This document shows, piece after piece, positions 27,343-32,000 of a stretch of 32,000 nt of DNA. The stretch comes from Dubosiella newyorkensis (GTDB taxonomy: Bacteria > Bacillota_I > Bacilli_A > Erysipelotrichales > Erysipelotrichaceae). The number at the start of each line of letters is the position of its first letter. Position 1 is the stretch's first letter. The notes beneath the pieces were generated by a model, which saw only the letters and a program-made list of their open reading frames with translations, was not told where the DNA came from and made no database searches. The DNA lies in contig NZ_MPKA01000086.1 of the NCBI RefSeq assembly GCF_001945605.1, positions 30,001 through 62,000 on the forward strand, given 5' to 3'. The translations under genes were made by a program, and so were the position numbers.

Positions 27343-27960
27343 ATGAAACTACATACTTTCGTCTCGAACATGAAAAGCAGCGACCCAAAGGCGTTCGAAC
27401 ATTTTATCCAAACCTTTTCGACTCCACTTTTTGTCCATGTACGACAGTTTGTAGAAGATGAAGAACAAACTGGAAGCTATGTCAAAATGATCCTTTCAAA
27501 ATGGCTGAAAGAAATCCATACTCTAGAAAGAGAAGACGATATTCGGGATTCTTTGATCCAACTCGTCTATGAAAACGTTCCAGAAACGATGATCGCTCGA
27601 GCTTTTGATCCAGCGATCGATAGCGATTTCGATAAACTTCAACTCAACTTCGCAACATTATCGTATCTACAAAAACAAATCTTGCTCCTGTCGATGTATG
27701 AAGAGAAAGATGACCTTGAAATTGCGGTGTTTCTAAAAAAAAGCCTCAAGAAAATTCGTCAAGAAAAAAAAGCAGCTCTTCAGAATTTTGATCATGAAGA
27801 GGATATCAAATACTATTTTCAGCAATATGTTCAATCTTTGCATATTCCAAAGAGCTTTTTGAATTCAATCGAACAAGAAGCTTGCATCCTCTATCAAAAA
27901 AAACCAGAACCTTCCCGGCTCCGGTTTAGAATCAGTCAATTGTTCCAGTTCTTCTTCTGA
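27343..27960 (+). CDS. Hypothetical protein with weak sigma-70/ECF-like region 2 and region 4 patterns plus a C-terminal extension
   Basis: AFEHFIQTFSTPLFVHVRQFVEDEE resembles ECF region 2. LSYLQKQILLLSMYEEKDDLEIAVFLKKSLKKIRQEKKAALQ resembles the region 4 HTH. About 50 extra C-terminal residues. Pattern-level similarity only. Confidence 0.4.
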   Translation: MKLHTFVSNMKSSDPKAFEHFIQTFSTPLFVHVRQFVEDEEQTGSYVKMILSKWLKEIHTLEREDDIRDSLIQLVYENVPETMIARAFDPAIDSDFDKLQLNFATLSYLQKQILLLSMYEEKDDLEIAVFLKKSLKKIRQEKKAALQNFDHEEDIKYYFQQYVQSLHIPKSFLNSIEQEACILYQKKPEPSRLRFRISQLFQFFF

Positions 27961-27977
27961 ACGATTGACTTTTTTTA
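27934..27977 (+). terminator. Candidate terminator for the sigma-like gene
   Basis: AGTCAATTG (27934-27942) pairs with CGATTGACT (27962-27970), one G-U. Long 19-nt loop, then T6. Confidence 0.45.
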
Positions 27978-28178
27978 TTCAAACATTTCCCAGACGTTTT
28001 CAGCTGAATGGTTATTCTCCATCTCCATAGACGATAGCTTGTTTTTCCAAGCGTTTTGATCAAACGTCTGTGGGCTACTTTCCTCATGCAAATTCATGAT
28101 AAATTCTTGCGTGAGCACGTTGGCTTGAGAGCGGCGCTTGATCCGAAGCACTAATTCCAAAAAATCCGAAGTATTCAT
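27975..28178 (-). CDS. Small hypothetical protein (67 aa from the second ATG)
   Basis: GAGGAGGA lies 7 nt upstream of the ATG at 28178 but only 1 nt from the ATG at 28184. A near-consensus promoter lies upstream. No family recognised. Confidence 0.5.
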   Translation of the reverse strand: MNTSDFLELVLRIKRRSQANVLTQEFIMNLHEESSPQTFDQNAWKNKLSSMEMENNHSAENVWEMFE

Positions 28179-28203
28179 AACCATTCCTCCTCATTTCCAT
28201 TTT

Positions 28204-28232
28204 AATATAGAAAAAACCATACCAGAAAGCAA
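28204..28232 (-). promoter_or_regulatory. Candidate sigma-A promoter for the small minus-strand ORF
   Basis: On the minus strand: TTGCTT (28232-28227), 17-nt spacer, TATATT (28209-28204). Confidence 0.6.
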
Positions 28233-28233
28233 G

Positions 28234-28259
28234 AAAAAAAGCCCCGAAGGACTTTTTTT
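28234..28259 (-). terminator. Orphan intrinsic terminator, better formed on the minus strand
   Basis: Minus-strand RNA reads A7-GUCC-UUCG-GGGC-U7. On that strand it has a UUCG tetraloop and a G-U wobble. On the plus strand the same position is a C/A mismatch. No annotated gene ends here. Confidence 0.55.
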
Positions 28260-28367
28260 CTAAGAAAGTTTTAAGAAAGGGAATTTGATTATGAAGTGAG
28301 CTCTTATTCAGCTCATCGTTATTTAAACATATCCACAAGAAACTATCCATTCTAACGCTCTAAAATT

Positions 28368-28376
28368 TGATACAAT
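28368..28376 (+). promoter_or_regulatory. Extended -10 element (TGATACAAT) for the LUD-domain gene
   Basis: TGnTACAAT lies 24 nt upstream of the 28400 ATG, with SD AAGAGGA in between. Confidence 0.5.
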
Positions 28377-28399
28377 ATTTTTGAAAAGAGGATAAGAAC

Positions 28400-29029
28400 A
28401 TGGATAAGAATATTCAAAAAAGAAACGAGCTTCTTGCTCAAACTGTGATCCACGGACTCGAAAGCAGAAATATGGATGGCTATTATGCAAAAAATAAAGA
28501 AGAGGCCTTAAAGATCGCTCTGGAATTGATCCCGGAAGAAAGTGTCGTCACGATGGGAGGGGGAATGAGCGTAGAAGAGATCGGACTTAAAGAAGCCCTT
28601 CAAAATGGAAACTTTACATTTTTAGATCGCAGCAAAGCCGAAGATCCCCGCAAAATGATGCTCGAAGGCTATGACGCAGATTATTTTCTATCTAGCGCGA
28701 ATGCGATCACTAACGATGGCATCCTCGTGAATATCGATGGCAATGCCAACCGAGTTTCAATGATCGCTCAAGGACCAAAACATGTCTTGTTTATCGTCGG
28801 AATGAACAAAATTTGCGATGATATCGATGGCGCGATGAAACGCGCCCGCAATGTGGCCGCGCCTATTAATGCTCAACGATTTGATATCAAGACTCCATGT
28901 AAAAAAACAGGAACTTGCCTCAACTGCAAAAGCCCGGATACGATCTGCTGCCAGTTCTTAGTCACACGCTTTTCAAGACATCCTCATCGCATCAAAGTCA
29001 TCTTGGTCAACGACGACCTTGGATTCTAA
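28400..29029 (+). CDS. LUD-domain (lactate-utilisation LutC/YkgG-like, DUF162) protein with a C-terminal Cys cluster
   Basis: About 210 aa. The pattern SANAITNDGILVNIDGNANRV...GMNKI is typical of stand-alone LUD proteins. C-terminal cysteines: CKKTGTCLNCKSPDTICC. Confidence 0.75.
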   Translation: MDKNIQKRNELLAQTVIHGLESRNMDGYYAKNKEEALKIALELIPEESVVTMGGGMSVEEIGLKEALQNGNFTFLDRSKAEDPRKMMLEGYDADYFLSSANAITNDGILVNIDGNANRVSMIAQGPKHVLFIVGMNKICDDIDGAMKRARNVAAPINAQRFDIKTPCKKTGTCLNCKSPDTICCQFLVTRFSRHPHRIKVILVNDDLGF

Positions 29030-29037
29030 GAGTCTAT

Positions 29038-29067
29038 GCTGAAAATCATTCGATTTTCAGCTTTTTT
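29038..29067 (+). terminator. Intrinsic terminator after the LUD gene
   Basis: Perfect 10-bp stem GCTGAAAATC / GATTTTCAGC with loop ATTC, then T6. Confidence 0.9.
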
Positions 29068-29068
29068 A

Positions 29069-29097
29069 TTGACAAAACGGCCAAGTGTATTTAATGT
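29069..29097 (+). promoter_or_regulatory. Candidate promoter of the gntR-ABC operon
   Basis: TTGACA (29069-29074), 17-nt spacer, TAATGT (29092-29097). Confidence 0.55.
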
Positions 29098-29113
29098 ATA
29101 TATTGTATATACA
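29095..29113. promoter_or_regulatory. Perfect inverted repeat TGTATATA-TTG-TATATACA; candidate YtrA-type GntR operator
   Basis: The 8-bp arms at 29095-29102 and 29106-29113 overlap the -10 and the predicted transcription start of the operon encoding the GntR regulator. Confidence 0.5.
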
Positions 29114-29138
29114 CATTAAAAATAGGAGACGTCGAAAT

Positions 29139-29519
29139 ATGGATATCATCATCACGATGCGATCGGACAAACCGATCTATGAGCAAATCGAATCCCAGCT
29201 TAAAGAAATGATCGTCAGCCAAAAGCTGAAAGCAGGCGATCCGATCCCGAGCATGCGCGCTCTTGCCAAAGATCTGCACATTTCTTTGATCACTGTCAAA
29301 AAAGCGTATGAAAACTTGAGCCGAGATGGCTTGATCGAAACAATCGTAGGAAAAGGTTCCTTTGTCGCTTCCCTCAATACCGAACAACTTAAAGAAGAAA
29401 AGCAGCGCGAAATCGAAGCCTTACTTTCAAAAGCTTGCCAAGAAGCAAAGGCGACAGGTATACGAAAAGATACGCTCAAAGAATTGATCGATATCCTTTA
29501 TGAAGGAGAACTACTATGA
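29139..29519 (+). CDS. GntR-family transcriptional regulator, short YtrA subfamily
   Basis: PIYEQIESQLKEMIVSQKLKAGDPIPSMRALAKDLHISLITVKKAYENLSRDGLIETIVGKGSFV is a GntR wHTH. Only ~126 aa with a short helical C-terminus. SD GGAG precedes the 29139 ATG. Confidence 0.88.
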   Translation: MDIIITMRSDKPIYEQIESQLKEMIVSQKLKAGDPIPSMRALAKDLHISLITVKKAYENLSRDGLIETIVGKGSFVASLNTEQLKEEKQREIEALLSKACQEAKATGIRKDTLKELIDILYEGELL

Positions 29520-30334
29520 CTTCTGCCCTACAAGTACACCATTTAACAAAAAAATATCCCACCTTTACATTGCAGGATCTCTCTTTTGATCTTCCGCAAG
29601 GAACAATCATCGGCCTTATCGGAGAAAACGGAGCGGGGAAAAGCACCCTCATCCGCTGTCTTTTACAAATGAGCAAACCGGACCAAGGAGAAATCGAACC
29701 ACCGATCAAAGATTTCAATCAACTCAGCTATATTCCGGATAGCTGCGTATTTCCAGAAATCTTGACGATCGAACAGCTCGAACAAGACTTCGCAAGTATT
29801 TATAAGCATTGGGAAAGTGCCAAATTCTGGGATATGGTCAAACGATTCAAATTGCCTCATAAACAAAAACTCAAAACGTTCTCGAAAGGCATGAAAGTCA
29901 AGCTCGCTTTCTGTGTCGCGTTTTCCCATCATGCGAAATTGCTCATTCTCGATGAAGCGACTTCTGGACTTGATCCACTTATTCGCGACGAGATCCTCGA
30001 TCTGCTTTTGGAATTTATCCAAAAGGAGGATCATACCGTCCTTTTTAGCACCCATATCACAAGCGATCTAGAAAAAGTCGCGGATTATATATTGTATATC
30101 CATGAAGGCAAAAAGATGTTCATGGACACAAAGGATGATCTCATGGAAAAGTATGTTATCATGCACTGCACCCAAGACGAATATCAAAAGCTACCTAGCT
30201 CGAAGATCGTCCGCGTGATCAAGCAACCGTATCAAATGGACGTGCTTGTCGAGAAAAAAGAAGCCGAATACACTTTTGATACGCCAACTCTTGAAGATTT
30301 GATGCGTATGTATTCGAAAGGAGAAAAACGATGA
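29516..30334 (+). CDS. ABC transporter ATP-binding protein
   Basis: Walker A GENGAGKST, signature-like FSKGMKVK, Walker B LLILDEATSGLD. ATGA overlap with gntR. Confidence 0.9.
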   Translation: MTSALQVHHLTKKYPTFTLQDLSFDLPQGTIIGLIGENGAGKSTLIRCLLQMSKPDQGEIEPPIKDFNQLSYIPDSCVFPEILTIEQLEQDFASIYKHWESAKFWDMVKRFKLPHKQKLKTFSKGMKVKLAFCVAFSHHAKLLILDEATSGLDPLIRDEILDLLLEFIQKEDHTVLFSTHITSDLEKVADYILYIHEGKKMFMDTKDDLMEKYVIMHCTQDEYQKLPSSKIVRVIKQPYQMDVLVEKKEAEYTFDTPTLEDLMRMYSKGEKR

Positions 30335-30951
30335 AAGGACTTTTAAGAAAAGATCTACAGCTCATTTGGGCGAGCTGGCCGATCTTGCTCATGATCTTGA
30401 TTGGAGGAACAGCCATCTCGATCTATGTGAAAGAACCAACAATGGATATTTGTTTTGTGACGCTTCTTCTTGTTTTTCAAACGGTCGCAACAGTCATGAA
30501 CGATCAAACTTCAGGATGGTATCCATGGGAGCTTTCTTTGCCTGTGTCGCGAAAGAACATGATCTATGAAAAATATATTCTAGCGATGCTAATCTTAGCG
30601 TTTGGCCTCATTCTTGCGCTTGCGATCTATTATGGGGTCAGCGCGATCACCAATATCGCTCCAGACCGGTTTTCGCTAGAAATCAATCTCTCGATCTTAT
30701 TGATTTTTTTTGGTTGCGGGGTCGCGCCTGCTATATTGTTGTCATTTTATAAAAAAGAAACGGGCCCGATCGCGATGATCGTGGCCGCTCTGCTTCCGAT
30801 CGCTATCATCCTCATCATCATGAATACCGTATCAGATGCGAATATCAAAGAGGTATTCATGGGCATTGGAGCCATCAGTATGCTTATCTACTTCACGTTG
30901 ATGTTCCTGAGTCCAAAGATCGTGACCAACTGGCTCGATCGATCGTTATAA
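30331..30951 (+). CDS. ABC-2-type transporter permease
   Basis: Six predicted TM helices and ATGA overlap with the ATPase gene, typical of a ytrA-type operon. Confidence 0.78.
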   Translation: MKGLLRKDLQLIWASWPILLMILIGGTAISIYVKEPTMDICFVTLLLVFQTVATVMNDQTSGWYPWELSLPVSRKNMIYEKYILAMLILAFGLILALAIYYGVSAITNIAPDRFSLEINLSILLIFFGCGVAPAILLSFYKKETGPIAMIVAALLPIAIILIIMNTVSDANIKEVFMGIGAISMLIYFTLMFLSPKIVTNWLDRSL

Positions 30952-30956
30952 ATGAA

Positions 30957-30981
30957 AAGAAGGCTCGCGCCTTCTTTTTTT
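30957..30981. terminator. Bidirectional terminator shared by the ABC operon and typA
   Basis: AAGAAGGC pairs with GCCTTCTT, loop TCGC, flanked by an A-run and a T-run. Confidence 0.8.
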
Positions 30982-32000
30982 ATCCATTCTTTTGCGCCAT
31001 TTTTTGGCGATACAAATTTCTTCGATCTTGTGGCGTCAATCCTTTTTTGCGGATTCGGATCGCGTCTGGTGTGACTTCGACAAGCTCGTCGTCGTTGATC
31101 CATTCCAGAGCTTCCTCCAACGAGAACACTCTAGGTGGCGTCAAAAGCATCGCCTCGTCCCGACCACTGCTTCTTATCGCCGTAAGCTTCTTGTTTTTGA
31201 GCGGATTAACATCCAAGTCAATATTTTTTGCCGACTCACCGATGATCATTCCTTCATAAACAGGTGTTTGTGGCGATACGAATAAAGATCCACGCTCCTG
31301 CAAGTTCCAGAGCGCGTATGTCATCGCCTCTCCTGTCTCGGTGGAAATCATCGCTCCCTGCATGCGCTGGGTGATCTCGCCTTTATAAGGTTCGTATCCA
31401 CTGATCCTTCTAACAAGCGTTCCTTCGCCATGCGTATCGTTGATAAATTGATTTCTGAATCCTAAAAGTCCACGAGTAGGCGCCGTATAGGTGATCTTGA
31501 CATAGCCGTTTTCTTCTTCCATATCTTGCATGACCCCTTTACGCAGGTTGAGCTGGTTGATGATCGTTCCTTGATATTCAGCAGGCGCTAGGCACACCAC
31601 TTCTTCAACAGGTTCGACCTTATGTCCATTCTCATCGACATGCAAGATGACTTCTGGCTTCGATACGGCAAGCTCATACCCTTCACGACGCATATTTTCG
31701 ATCAAGATCGAAATATGAAGCTCGCCACGTCCACTGATCTTGAAACAATCCGCGCTATCTGTTGGTTCGACCTTCAATCCAACATTGACCTCGAGTTCTT
31801 TTTCGAGCCTTTCTTTGATGTTTCTTGATGTAACGTATTTACCAGACTGGCCCGCGAATGGAGAGGTGTTGACATGGAAGTTCATCGATAAGGTCGGCTC
31901 TTCGATCGCAATATGTTCCATAGGCTCGATCGAATCAACAGCGCAGATCGTATCGCCAATAGAAATATCTGGCATTCCCGCGATCACGACAATATCTCCA
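30980..32000 (-). CDS. typA: Translational GTPase TypA/BipA, C-terminal ~340 aa; 5' part lies outside the window
   Basis: [17 protein letters not shown]..., [22 protein letters not shown] and the C-terminal [11 protein letters not shown] are TypA-like. The frame stays open to the window edge. Confidence 0.93.
   Translation of the reverse strand, partial: GDIVVIAGMPDISIGDTICAVDSIEPMEHIAIEEPTLSMNFHVNTSPFAGQSGKYVTSRNIKERLEKELEVNVGLKVEPTDSADCFKISGRGELHISILIENMRREGYELAVSKPEVILHVDENGHKVEPVEEVVCLAPAEYQGTIINQLNLRKGVMQDMEEENGYVKITYTAPTRGLLGFRNQFINDTHGEGTLVRRISGYEPYKGEITQRMQGAMISTETGEAMTYALWNLQERGSLFVSPQTPVYEGMIIGESAKNIDLDVNPLKNKKLTAIRSSGRDEAMLLTPPRVFSLEEALEWINDDELVEVTPDAIRIRKKGLTPQDRRNLYRQKMAQKNG

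Noticed and set aside
28084-28350. 88-aa minus-strand ORF spanning the 28.1-28.35 kb intergenic region
   Set aside because: It runs through a strong terminator hairpin, through the promoter and SD of the small ORF, and overlaps that ORF out of frame. Its ATG sits in a -10-like element and it has no SD.
27146-28399. Integrated mobile element or prophage remnant at the tRNA-Leu locus
   Set aside because: No integrase, recombinase or transposase ORF is present, and I could find no direct repeat of the tRNA 3' end. Only the compositional oddity remains, and it is reported as a low-confidence finding.
1-32000. CRISPR arrays, IS elements, toxin-antitoxin pairs, and restriction-modification or other known defence modules
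   Set aside because: No regularly spaced direct repeats, no terminal inverted repeats flanking a transposase-like ORF, and no ORF with nuclease, methylase or defence-type motifs were seen in any frame.

Overview
Chromosomal, mostly housekeeping window from a low-GC Gram-positive (Bacillota). The PFOR gene and the gene order suggest an anaerobe (inference only). I support 32 protein-coding genes (2 truncated by the window edges) and 2 tRNA genes. I found no CRISPR array, transposase, integrase or phage gene. Three blocks follow Bacillus subtilis-type order: (1) pepV'-trmB-thioredoxin-acidic protein-murC-DUF948-coiled-coil protein-ccpA; (2) ybeY-dgkA-era-recO-glyQS-dnaG-sigA-trmK; (3) nifJ (PFOR), HAD hydrolase, convergent AraC regulator, Na/Pi-cotransporter family gene, two U32 (TrhP1/TrhP2-like) genes plus proS. 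After proS the content becomes more accessory: a stand-alone, very divergent PEPCK(ATP)/HprK-like P-loop protein, a BI-1 family membrane protein, tRNA-Cys and tRNA-Leu, an AT-rich segment with a sigma-70-like protein and a small convergent ORF, a LUD-domain protein, a YtrA-type GntR/ABC-ATPase/ABC-2-permease operon, and the 3' part of typA on the minus strand. Main second-look items are the PEPCK-like paralogue, a strong window-wide excess of GATC, the tRNA-adjacent AT-rich segment (divergent sigma-like gene, small ORF, orphan strand-asymmetric terminator), and an acidic disordered protein translationally coupled to murC. I see no recognisable multi-gene defence or mobile system. All functional calls come from reading the translated ORFs against remembered family motifs. 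No database search was run.
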